The position numbers and the translations under genes are program-made. From assembly GCA_951406725.2 (NCBI GenBank), contig OX597822.1:100626001-100690000 (forward strand): 64,000 bases of DNA. Reading direction: 5' to 3'. The notes under the pieces were generated by a model, which was given only the letters and a program-made list of their open reading frames with translations, ran no database searches and was not told the DNA's origin. The number at the start of each line of letters is the position of its first letter. Within the stretch, counting starts at the first letter, position 1. Shown in pieces: positions 51,072 through 62,497 of this stretch. The DNA comes from Octopus vulgaris (Eukaryota).

Positions 51072-51811
51072 TTTAAGAAGCGTCTTTTGGATCCGAAAAC
51101 TTATGTGTCACTGCTTTATTCATATGGAAAGTTTATGTGCAAAATCTCTCAAGTTGGGAAATATAATAATGGTTGTAACTAAGGCTGTTAATTTGATAAA
51201 AAGCAAAGGGTTGAATAATAGGGAATTTAAAGAATTTTTAAAAGATCTTGAAGCCGAATAAGGGGATTTATTGTACCATTGTGAAGTTAGGTGGTTAAGG
51301 CCCAAATGCTTAAGCGATTTTATGAACTGAAGGAAAAAGTAAAGATTTTTATGAAAATTAAATGTGTTCCTATTGTAGAACTGGAAGATAAAAGTCTCAA
51401 AAGGATTTAACATTTTTAGTAGATGTAACTTAGTTATTTAAATAATTTGAACTTGGAACTACAAGGCTCCAGTTTGTTTTCTCTCATATCAAAAGCTTTG
51501 AATCGATGCTTCAAATATTTGTCACACAATTGAAAAGGAAGTGATTCACACATTTTCCGAAATTGAACAAACAATATCCCAAATCAATAAACGGATACTC
51601 TGACGAGTGTGAAAATCTTTTGAAGAAATACAAGATAACAAAATCGTTCTACGTGTTTTTGAAACCCCTTTTCATATGTGTCCTGTTTCAAAAACACATA
51701 GAACGATTTTGTTCGAATTGCTAAAGGGTTTTAAATAATTAACCATCTTGCAGAATTGCGCAGAATGAAACTGGAAGCTCTAGTTGCTTCTTTAGCATTT
51801 AAATTATTTAA

Positions 51812-52202
51812 CCCTTTTGTTACTGTATTTATTTTGAGATGCTTTGGGCTTCTTTCAATTACTATAAAAAGCACCCACTACACTCGCGGAGTGGTTGGCG
51901 TTAGGAAGGGCATCCAGCTGTAGAAACACTGCCAGACCAGACTGGAGCCTGGGGCAGCCCCTGGCTCCCCAGACCCCGGTCGAAACCGTCCAACCCGTGC
52001 TAGCGCGGAAAACGGACGTTAAACGATGATGATGATGATGATAACAAAGAATTTCGTAAAATGACTTGGTTATCATTCAGCTAGTGTTAGGAACATAAAT
52101 TGTGACTAAGGTTTGGTGGAAGATTTTAATTCAAAACTTATGAAAACAAGACATTTGTACTCAGAGCCAGAGCCGGTTTCAGCCGGGTTGGTAACGAAAG
52201 GG
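51812..52202 (-). mobile_element. P2 MITE interrupted by family A (51864-52041 +)
   Basis: TTAA|CCCTTTTGTTAC...GTAACGAAAGGG|TTAA. Confidence 0.87.
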
Positions 52203-53517
52203 TTAATTACACTATTAGAATTAACCACAAATTGTTTTATAGCTTTCAGATTTTTTTGACATAACTATTAGTTATTAGAATGATATTGTAGGGTAGGTGT
52301 TAGGGGCCAGATATGGCTTATCTCAACATAAAACAGGTGGAATAATTAGGCTGATATGGACGGTTTTAATGTTACAAAATCACACACAGCTAAGTCTAAT
52401 GAATTTAAATGAAAAAAATTTACACTGGCTGGGTTGTAAGAAGTTTGCTTACCAACAACATGGTTGAAGGTTCAGTCCCTCTGCATGGCACCTTGGGCAA
52501 GTGAATTTGGTAGAGGGAAGCCGAAAGAAGCCTATTGTGTGTGTCCCACTACTGCCTGACAACCAGTGTTTGTGCGTTTACATCCCCGTAACTTAGCGGT
52601 TTGGCAAAAACCAACAAGCTTAAAAAGAAAGTAAAGCATTGATTAGTTTGATTAAAGTTCCTCAAGGTGGATGGAGCTCCAGCATGGCCACAGTATAATG
52701 ACTGAAACAAGTAAAACATAAAAAGATATTAAACAAAAAATAAAGAAATGCTTGTAAGTTCAAATGATTTATTTAGATGAATGGGCAAAAAAATATAAAT
52801 ATATACATCTAAAAATATAATACAGTTGAGTTTAAAAAAAGGAAGTTAGATTATTCTGTCTTCATTTCTGAGATATTCTCCAATGTCTGCCTGATGAAAC
52901 GCAACAATATCCATTGGGTCTGCTCTCCGACAATTTTGTGTTGATTTAGATGCTACTCCAAATCCCTGAAATATATAATTTTAAGAACAATTGAAAGAGT
53001 GTTTTTAAGCAAGTTTTAATTTTTTTATCATAATCGTTTTACTTCCTGATGCCAACTTCTCACTTTGTTTCCAAGTGAACAGCCCAGGCATTGTTATGCA
53101 GAGAGAACTAAAAACAAAACACCATTTAAATGTGCCCCCTTTCTTGAACATCAGTAAGCATGCATGGAGACAGTGCAATATGTCAAGAAACTGAGACAGG
53201 CTTTCAAAAGGTGGACTGCAAGCAAATGCCCAAATGAACAGTGGGAATTTGTTACATCTGGAAAACATCTGAAGATGAGGGGAAACATGAACTCACATAC
53301 ATATGATAGACTTCTTTCAGTTTCTGTCTACCAAATCCACTCACAAGGCTTTAGTTGAAGACACCTGCCCAAGGTGCCACAGAATGGGAATGAACCTGAA
53401 ACCATATGATTGGAAAGTGTACTTCTTAACCACACAGCCAAGCATACTGAGTTAGAAAAAAGCTGACCATAACCAAAGTGTCAAATTTTGTTTTGCAACC
53501 ACAAATTTCCAGATTCA

Positions 53518-53994
53518 AAGCTGTTGAAGCAAGTGAAATCAAAACTGAACCAAATTCAATGACTGGCACCCATGCTAGTGGAGTGCTAACAGCTCCATCC
53601 AAGCGGGATCACTGCCAGAGCAGCTGTCTGGCATGTAAAGAGCACCATTTGTCAGCACCGCCTCACTGGCACTTGTGCCGGTAGCATGTGATCAAAACAT
53701 TCGAGCGAGGTCGTGGCCAGTGCTGCTGGACTGACTCTTGCGCAGGTGGCACATGAAAAACACCATTTTTGAGCGTGGCCGTTGCCAGTACCACCAGACT
53801 GGCCCTCGTGCCAGTGGCACTTTAAAAGCACCCACTACACTCTCGGAGTGGTTGGCATTAGGAAGGGCATCCAGCTGTAGAAACTCTGCCAGATCAGATT
53901 GGAGCCTTGCGCAGCCATCTGGTTCGCCAGACCTCGGTCAAATCATCCAACCCATGCTAGCATGGAAAGTGGACATCAAATGATGATGATGATG
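53518..53994 (+). mobile_element. Family A copy, divergent multi-module subfamily
   Basis: Modules, core and tail; similar to 13255-13594 and 60325-60624. Confidence 0.82.
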
Positions 53995-54335
53995 AATGCA
54001 ACTGCATAGTATCTTGGACAAGAGTCTAATAAGACCTCAGATTTACCAAAATCTTCAGTAAAATTGGATAGAAACTGTGTGACAGCCAGTTTGGTGGATT
54101 GCATTAGCAATTCAAAGACTTGTCATGCAGTGTGCCATGCTGATTCAACCTGAGTTAGTTTAAGGAGATACAAGTCAGTGGCCACTTAAATATTAATGGA
54201 GATCTGTTTGTGACACCGTATACCTTTCTTTTTACAGAGTACTCTATCAAATCAGGAGAGCAAAAATTTAATGTGTACCTGTGATCCGTTATATGTTAAT
54301 GCTAGTTTTACTGAGAATTTAGGTATTAATTTTAA

Positions 54336-54545
54336 CCCTTTCGTTACTGTATTTATTTTGAGATGTTCTGTGTTTCTTTATATATAACAAAGAATTTAGT
54401 AAAATAACTTAGTTATCATTCAGCTAACGTTAGGAACATAAATTGTGACTAGGATTTGGTGGAAGATTTCAATTCAAAACTTATGAAAACAAGACATTTG
54501 TACTCAGAGCCAGAGCCGGTTTCAGCTGGGTTGGTATCGAAAGGG
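54336..54545 (-). mobile_element. piggyBac-like MITE family P2
   Basis: TTAA TSDs at 54332-54335 and 54546-54549. Confidence 0.88.
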
Positions 54546-54789
54546 TTAACAGATAAAGTAAGTGGAACATAATGGTGTAATTGGGTTTACATTGTTAAAC
54601 TGTTGCATTAAAATAAGCTAGTGGAAACAATAAGGGCATTAGCTGATATTTGCAAGATCAACAGATGTGGAGTTGAAATGAAAAATGCTGTATTGTACAG
54701 TGGTGGAAGAAAGGGAAAATGGAACTGAGATCAGAATCGAAGAGCTTTGACATGTCTGTCCTGTGCCTGTATGGTAAAATGAACTCTGT

Positions 54790-55715
54790 AGGAAAGCATG
54801 GTAACCAGAGTAAGATCAAGGAACTATTGCCTTAACTGGTCAAAAGGAATTCCTCTCTATCTCAGGGTGAAGGCCAAATTGTATGATGCTTGTATATAAA
54901 GTGCAAAGTTGCATAGTCGTGAAATGTGGGCCTTGAATGTGGAAGCTTTGCAATGGATAGAATGAAATAAGTGAACGTGCCCTGCTGGGTGTCATGTTAG
55001 CGTGCATGAATAACAAATCACAAATGAGCTCAGAGAAAATCTTATGCATGCCTTTCCTCCCTTGGACACAAAGACTTGTTGAGGCAAGCGAAGTCGATAT
55101 CGAACCTCATCCGACGACAGGCACCCATGCCAACCCCCTTTGCTTGCAAAGACATGTTGGGGCAAGTGAAATCGAAATTGAACCAATCCTATGACTGGCA
55201 CCCGGCAGATGCCAGGATCCCCGGACTGGTGGTACGTAAAAAGCACTATCCGAATCGTGGCCGATGCCAGCGCAGCCTCGACTGGCTTCCGTGCCAGTGG
55301 CACGTAAATTGCACCAATCCGACCGTGGCCGTTGACAGCATCCCCTAGCACCTGTGCGGGTGGCACGTAAAAAGCACCCACTACACTCTTGGAGTGGTTG
55401 GTGTTAGGAAGGGCATCCAGCTGTAGAAACTTTGCCAGATAAGACTGGAGCCTGGTGCAGCCTTCTGGCTTCCCAGATCCCCGGTCGAACCGTCCAACCC
55501 ATGCTAGCATGGAGAACGGACGTTAAACGATGATGATGATGAGAATACTGGACATAAGATACAAGAGTGAAGTCTGCTATATGTAGACATGTGAAGCTAT
55601 AAGAAAAAGTAGTGTGTACTTGAAATAGCTGGAAAAGAGAGAGATGGGGACCAAAGACATGCAATGAAGTGGTGAAGGCTAATCTCAAACTTCATAGAAG
55701 TGATGACAATATATA
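54790..55715 (+). mobile_element. Degraded RTE LINE reverse-transcriptase C-terminal fragment, interrupted by family A
   Basis: RVKAKLYDACI*SAKLHSREMWALNVEALQWIE* resembles the RTE-type K..LY.A.V.S..L...E.W motif; resumes after 55541 with PKT..EVVK..L-like text. Confidence 0.6.
55041..55541 (+). mobile_element. Family A RTE 3' UTR copy inserted into an older RTE fragment
   Basis: Near-identical to 56251-56735; (GAT)n tail. Confidence 0.85.
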
Positions 55716-55889
55716 CATACAAAAGAAGGCGGCGAGCTGGCAGAATTGTTAGCATGCCAGGCGAAATGCTTAGTGGTATGCTAGCATGGAAAACAGACGT
55801 TAAATGATGATGATGATGAAGTCTCCATCAACTTAACCCTTCATTGCCCTCTGTTCTTCTCCTTAAGGTATGCACCTGTGTAATGGCAT

Positions 55890-56150
55890 TCCATATGCCC
55901 CTTCTATCAAATTGTCAAAGCATGGAATAAACTACCCACATCGATTGTTAGCTGTCAGGACACAGCATTCTTTGAGGGTTCCTAAGATTCACCAACATTT
56001 GTCCAGATGTACTTAAGCACTTTTTTTTACTCTTTCACTGTTCACTTTTTTGTTTCTTTGTAATTTTTCGTGAACTACACATGCACATTTTGCTTTCACT
56101 GCCACTTTCTGCCTGCTTTTTAACTAGTTTCCAACGAGGTATTTAGTACT
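55890..56150 (+). mobile_element. CR1/L2-type LINE 3' fragment
   Basis: FYQIVKAWNKLPTSIVSCQDTAFF contains the WNxLP C-terminal motif. Confidence 0.55.
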
Positions 56151-56177
56151 GTATACAAGTAGTTTATCGTTATTATT

Positions 56178-56735
56178 ATGACCAGCGACCGAAACCTTTG
56201 GAAATATGCTGTACGTGAGAAGACCAGGCAGGACAAGTAAGCCCAGTCCACTTATGAATGCCTTTCCTCCCTTGGACACAAAGACTTGTTGAGGCAAGTG
56301 AAGTCGATATAGAACCTCATCCGACGACAGGCACCCATGCCAACCCCCTTTGCTTGCGAAGACATGTTGGGGTAAGCGAAATCGAAATCGAATTGAACCA
56401 GCCAGGATCCCTGGTCTGGTGGTACGTAAAAAGCACTATCCGACTCGTGGCCGATGCCAGCACTGCCTCGACTGGCTTCCGTGCCGGTGGCACATAAAAT
56501 ATGCCAATCCGACCGTGGCCGTTGCCAGCCTCGCCTGGCACCTGTGCAGGTGGCACGTAAAAAGCACCCACTACACTCATGGAGTGGTTGGCGTTAGGAA
56601 GGGCATCCAGCTGTAGAAACATTGCCAGATAAGACTGGAGCCTGGTGCAGCCTTCTGGCTTCACAGATCCCTGGTCGAACCGTCCAACCCATGCTAGCAT
56701 GGAGAACGGACGTTAAACGATGATGATGATGATGA
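56178..56735 (+). mobile_element. 5'-truncated RTE-type LINE: ORF C-terminus plus full 3' UTR (family A, most complete copy)
   Basis: 56178-56240 reads MTSDRNLWKYAVREKTRQDK* (RTE-type DRxxW C-terminus), then the modular UTR, GGAAGGGCATCCAGC core, CCATGCTAGCATGG stem and (GAT)n tail. Confidence 0.75.
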
Positions 56736-57820
56736 TTATTGCCACTCTTTTATCACTCTACTTCTCATCCACTTTCATTCCATTACCACCCTAACCCTGA
56801 ATAGACTTAATCAGAATTATATTTTAAAATATAGGAATACGCTTTCACATTAGATTTTCAAAAGTGTTTAAATCTATGGAATTATGTCTATTCTGGCTGT
56901 TGCTATGGAAATAGCTTGGTTTTAAAGTAGGAATGTGACTCATAAAACTCTCTGTTAATGTACAAATTGACTGGTCAACATTCATAAATTAAGCTTATAT
57001 GGCAGTCGTGCTAGAAGGTCACACAAAAGCTTTTCTCCACTGAGAGAGATATGAACAAGTGATAAAATAGTTTAGATAAAAGTGTTATCAATCAGTGCTA
57101 GTTTTGTCCCACTGAACATGTTAAAACATATCCCTTCTTTGTTAACAAGGAGTAAATAAGATAGATGATAGCTGTTACGTGAATTTTGGTTTCCTTAAGA
57201 ATGAGCCTAAGTAAACAAACATTCCACAATAACTAATTCACAGGAAAATGAGACTTGTGTATTATTAGTGCTTTTTTTATATCCTCTTCAGCAGTGGTTT
57301 GTATTTTTTAATAAATGAGCTTTCCTTATTAATTCATGTTTGGTGTGGAGTATTACCTGCAAATTGATTTATATATATATATATAATTGTATGACCAGAC
57401 TATCAGATGTTATACATTGCTGGTCACAATGCACCTCCAACACTTTCTTGATTCTGCTATTCTTTTCTACCTTGTCCAAAATTGTTTAACTCTGTGGTTC
57501 ACAACAGGGGTTCATATATGATTTTTTTGTTAAAATTTATGTGCAATAAATCAGTTATTCTTCTACAATACACAAAATACATCAACAATTTTTTAAACAA
57601 TTCCTAATAATATTTAATTATAAAAATGTGATAGGATTTTTTTAAACATCAAATGGCTAAGAGGATCCATAGGTAAAAAAAAAATTGAGAACCACTGGTT
57701 TGAACAAATTGTTTTCCCATTGTCATAGAGGCCTTCCAAGAGGCCCTTTTCTAATCTCTTGGATATCACTTAGCAACTGCATGGGCCCATCTATTGTTTA
57801 TGAACACTGCAACATTTTAA

Positions 57821-58451
57821 CCCTTTTGTCATCATCATCATCATCATCGTTTAACGTCCTTTCTCCATGCTAGCATGGGTCGGAGGGTTCGACCGGGGAT
57901 CTGGGAAGCCAGAAGGCTGCACCAGGCTCCAGTCTTATCTGGCAATGTTTCTACAGCTGGATGCCCTTCCTAACGCCAACCACTCCGTGAGTGTAGTGGG
58001 TGCTTTTTACGTGCCGTTCAGATTAATCTGCTAAATGCAATGCTTATGCATTCACATTGTTCGGAATTAATCATGCATCACCTAACAGCTCAGGTATTTC
58101 GATGATGTGATTATTATTTTTAGAATTGCATTATAGGATAAGTGTGAGAGGCCAGATCAGACCAATTTAAACATAAAACAGGTAGAATATTTGGGCTGGG
58201 TTGGCACGTAAAAAGCACCAATCTGACCGTGGCCGATGCCAGCCTCGCCTGGCACGAAAAAGCACCCACTACACCCACGGACTGGTTGGCGTTAGGAAGG
58301 GCATCCAGCTGTAGAAACATTGCCAGATAAGACTGGAGCCTGGTGCAGCCTTCTGGCTTCCCAGATCCCCGGTCGAACCGTCCAACCCGTGCTAGCATGG
58401 AGAAAGGACGTTAAACGATGATGATGATGGCTGGTAAAAAATGCTAAAGGG
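57821..58451 (+). mobile_element. P1 MITE carrying two family A insertions (57830-58014 -, 58202-58428 +)
   Basis: TTAA CCCTTT start, internal ttcagatt...ggtagaatatttgggc, end atgctaaaggg. Confidence 0.8.
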
Positions 58452-58498
58452 TTCAAGTCCACTTTCCTACGCTTGCATGGATCAGACAGAATTTGTTG

Positions 58499-58722
58499 CA
58501 AGTGGCAAGCTGGCAGAAACCTTAGCACGCAGGGTGAAATGCTTAGCAGTATTTCGTCTGCCAGTACGTTCTGAGTTCAAGTTCTGCTGAGGTCAACTTT
58601 GCCTTTCATTCTTTCGGGGGTCGATAAATTAAGTACCAGTTACGCACTGGGGTCAATGTAATCGACTTCATCCATTTGTCTGTCCCCTCTGTGTGTAGCC
58701 CCTTGTGGGCAGTAAAGAAATA
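58499..58722 (+). mobile_element. SINE family B with 11-bp TSD
   Basis: TSD agaatttgttg at 58488-58498 and 58723-58733. Confidence 0.88.
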
Positions 58723-58860
58723 AGAATTTGTTGAGGTAGATTTTCTACAACTGGATGCCCTTCTTGTCACTGATCCTCACTTGTTTTTCAAGCAAAGTAA
58801 TATATCCTCACAACTGGACAGGTTTTATGGAAAACTGGAAATAGGGGAGTTTGTTTGTAT

Positions 58861-59235
58861 GATACAGGCATGGCTGTGTGGCTCAGACTCACTGCATAAC
58901 ACCTTGGGTAGGTGTCTTTTACTATAGCCCCACATTGACCAACGCCTTGCAAATAGATTTGATCAGCAGAAACTGAAAGAAGCCTGCTGTATACATTTAT
59001 GTGTGTGTGTGTGTTGTTTTGTATGTCCTTGTTGTATAACTAACGATACATTGCAACAAGGACATACAAAACACAACACACAAATGTATACAACAGGCTT
59101 CTTTCAGTTTCTACCTATCAAATCTATTTGCAAGGCCTTGGTCAATGTGGGGCTTTAGTTAAAAGACACCTACCCAAGGTTTTATGCAGTGAGACTGAAC
59201 CTGAAACCATGTGGTCGGGAAGAGAACTTCTTAGC
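58861..59235. repeat. Inverted duplication of a SINE C 5' half (long hairpin)
   Basis: gatacaggcatggctgtgtggct ... agccacacagccatgcctgtatc; arms about 175-185 bp; loop near 59035-59052. Confidence 0.88.
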
Positions 59236-59469
59236 CACACAGCCATGCCTGTATCTTATAGGTAATTAAATAGTTTGTTTCCTCACCCAGGGCCCGTTAC
59301 TGCTGCAATAAGTCCAATCACCAGAAAAATATAAGGTTTTCAATTACTGGTATGACATGAAACCAAAGGACTCTCTTTTTGGCTTAGATGAGTGATTCTC
59401 AACCAAGGTCTATACAATCCCTGGGAGTCCATGCAAGCAAAATTGGGGATCCATATAGTTTTATTTAGA

Positions 59470-60235
59470 GGCGCAGGAGTGGCTGTGTGGTAAGTAGCTT
59501 GCTAACCAACCTCATGGTTCCGGGTTCAGTCCCATTGCGTGGCATCTTGGGCAAGTGTCTTCTGCTATAGCCCTGGGCCGACCAATGCCTTGTGAGTGGA
59601 TTTGGTAGACGGAAACTGAAAGAAGCCTGTCGTATATATCTCTCTCTATATAAACGGCAGTTTGTCTGTGCGTGTTTCTGTGTGTCTGTTTGCTTGTACC
59701 CTCACCCTGACCACGGCTTTCAACCGATTCTGATGAAACTTGACACACACATAGCCCAATGTCATAATTCAAAACTAACGCAGCGAAAATTTTGAAAAGT
59801 TCCCCCAGTTCTGAAAAAAATCGATAAATTCGACATGGGGTCGAGAATCAGGAATACGAACCACAAACTGTGTAGGGGACGCAACTCTACCTTATTTAAA
59901 TCTCAAAAAAAAATTTACCATCATTTTTTTCCATTTTTTTGCTATTTTTTGGCTATAACTCTCTAAAAATGCTTTATAGTTATTTCCCTTACAAACCTGA
60001 GCAACGCCGGGCGATACTGCTAGTGTATATATATATATATGTGTGTGTGTGTTTGTCCTCCTAGCATTGCTTGACAACCAATGCTGGTGTGTTTATGTCC
60101 CCGTTACTTAGCGGTTTGGCAAAAAGAGACCGATAGAATAAGTACTGGGCTTACAACGAATAAGTCCCGGGGTCGATTTGCTTGACTAAAGGCGGTGCTC
60201 AGCATGGCCGCAGTCAAATGACTGAAACAAGTACA
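59470..60235 (+). mobile_element. SINE family C interrupted by a Helitron
   Basis: 5' half 59470-59638 and 3' half 60024-60235 match the 39178 copy. Older copies at 43633-44005 and 52425-52725, plus many fragments. Confidence 0.9.
59639..60023 (+). mobile_element. Non-autonomous Helitron
   Basis: A|TC...CTAG|T with no TSD; subterminal hairpin cctgagcaacgccggg about 10 nt before CTAG. Confidence 0.85.
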
Positions 60236-60324
60236 AAAAAAAAAAAAGAAAAGAGAAAGGTCCATGTAAAAATTTTGCTTTGGATGGATTTATTGCAAGA
60301 AGCTGCTTGGTTCCTTTCTATAAT

Positions 60325-60624
60325 GTTTGATGCCTTACTGGCACTTGTGCCCCGTGCTAGTGGGGTGCTAAGAGCACCATCCGAGCGTGATCATTGTCAG
60401 AGCGGCTAGCTGGTTTCTGTGCCGGTGGCACGTAAAATGCAGCATTCAAGCGTGATCGTTACCAGCGTCACCTTACTGGCACATGACATGAAAAGCATTC
60501 GAGCGAGGTCATTGCCAGTACTGCCTAACTGGCCCCTGTGCCAGTGGCATGTAAAAGAACGCACTACACTCTCAGAGTGGTTGGAAAAAGCATGGAAAAA
60601 GGACGTTAAACGATGATGATGATG
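60325..60624 (+). mobile_element. Family A copy with internal deletion of the core
   Basis: Three modules, then gagtggttgg joined directly to agcatggaaaaaggacgttaaacgatgatg. Confidence 0.8.
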
Positions 60625-62111
60625 ACAACATTGAAATCTCAACACAAAAAGGTAATGCATGACTAATCCAAAACAATGCAAATAAATAAGCATTACGTTG
60701 GACAGAATAATCTGAATGCTGTTGGGGTCTACCAGAATAAAACATTAATCAAAGGGGTCCATAGAGAAAAACTGGTTGAGAACCACTGGTTTAGATGATG
60801 AGCATTTAGAAGTACGTATTGGTTAGATAAATGTTCAAGGTGCTGAGTATTCCACAGACACAATATGTGACAAGACTGCATCTTTAAATTGTAGTTACAA
60901 TCCATGACAGGTTTGTATACAGTAAGATAAAAGAGGTTGAGCTCCTTCCTGACTCATATGGACTGAAAGGGCTGGTTTCCCGGATTTTCTGATGCATGTA
61001 CTCCTCCCACCCCAGACGCCAGTCTGTCACAGGAATATTCAGTTTTGCCAGCTGAGTGAACAGGAGCAATATGAAATGAAGTGTTTTGCTCAAGAACACA
61101 ACACATTACCTAGTCCAGGAAGTGAAACCAGAATCTTATGAGCATGAGTTCAATGCCTTAACCACTAAGCCAAACCCCGCCACTTCTATACAGTGTGCAC
61201 CAACCAAATTCCACACACCAGGCACACGTCAACCTGAGGCTACCGTATAAGATGACTGCCGAAGATACCTCTCACTGGGATTGAACCTGGGATCTCAGGA
61301 TTGCAGCGAATACTATACAAATATCAAGATCATCATCCTATTAATGTGTATTTTTTTGTTCTATGCTCACATGGATCAGAAGAAATTTGATGAGGCAGAT
61401 TTCCTCACTGTCATTAAGTCTCATCTATTTCCAAGCGACATAATATTTTCCCTGTGGTTGGACATGTTTTCAAGGAACATGGGAAACAAATGACATTGAT
61501 TGCATTATGGTGACACTCATTTGATTTACAACTATTATATGATGACAAGACAAAACAAGCACACACATACACAATAGGCTTTTTTTCATTCCAGCCAGCC
61601 AAATCCACTTACAAAGCTTCAGTTGGCTTGAGACCATAACAGAATAAACTTGCCCAAGGTGCCATGCAGTGGAACAGAATCTGAAACTCCTATTTTTTAA
61701 AGCCAACTTCTTAACCATAGCTTTTGTCTGTGCTTATATATATATATATATGTGTGTGTATATATGTTCAAGAACATCTCATAATCATTTGAACGTTCAC
61801 TCTTCCATGCTTTCTTGGATTGGACAAAATTTTCTCCAACTGGATGCCCTTCCTGTTGCCAACCCTTATCTGTTTTTCAGCAAGGTCATATTTTCCAATG
61901 ACCAGACATGACTTTGTGAAAGGTTGGAACTAACGTACACAACCTGTATGACAGGGAGATTCATTTACATCCATCAAATGATGTCAAACCAAGGAGAGAA
62001 GCGGTGGGGAGACACATTCGATGGGCACCTTTTCAACTTTATTCTATTATTCTTGTTATTCTATACAACGGCTCTATTTCCAATTATATATATATATATA
62101 TATATATATAA

Positions 62112-62411
62112 TCCGGTGGCACGTAAAAAGCACCATCCGATCGTGGCCGTTGCCAGCCTCGCCTGGCCCCTGTGCCGGTGGCACATAAAAAGCACCATCC
62201 ATCCGTGGCCGCTTGCCAGCTCCGTCTGGCACCTGTGCAGGTGGCACGTAAAAAGCACCCACTACACTCACGGAGTGGTTGGCATTAGGAAGGGCATCCA
62301 GCTGTAGAAACACTGCCAGATCAGACTGGGCCTGATACAGCCTTCTGGCTTCACAGACCTCAGTTGAACCGTCCAACCCATGCTAGCATGGAAAGCGGAC
62401 GCTAAATGATG
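62112..62411 (+). mobile_element. Family A copy with three modules
   Basis: Modules, core and tail after a (TA)n tract. Confidence 0.88.
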
Positions 62412-62459
62412 AATTTACTAAAGCCAGAAAAAAAAATCTGTTACTCAGTTTCATGTGAC

Positions 62460-62497
62460 CTGTCCGATGAATGGCCATGTGAAACTCTGAGTAACAG
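62460..62497 (+). ncRNA. Minimal type I hammerhead ribozyme-like motif (Penelope-associated type)
   Basis: Stem I CUGU/ACAG, core CCGAUGA (U4C), stem II AUG-GCCA-UGU, GAAA, palindromic stem III ACUC-U-GAGU, triplet GUA. Confidence 0.55.

Larger units (their letters stand above)
48557..51760 (+). mobile_element. Fossil hAT (Charlie/SPIN/GTF2IRD2-type) DNA transposon with nested insertions
   Basis: CAGGGGT left end; broken frames IAKK/KPRSDGEFVKECIL, YSLAIDETTDLSNTAQMVIFICG, EGFLALKLMHGT, PSMVG, KAVNLIKSKGLNNREFKEFL, DLLYHCEVRWL are GTF2IRD2/SPIN-family transposase motifs; stops and frameshifts; right TIR not found. Confidence 0.85.
59390..60788. mobile_element. hAT-type MITE hosting several nested elements
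   Basis: TIRs gagtgattctcaacca / tggttgagaaccactg; 8-bp TSD gcttagat (59382-59389) / gtttagat (60789-60796). Related copy at about 57492-57697. Confidence 0.7.
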
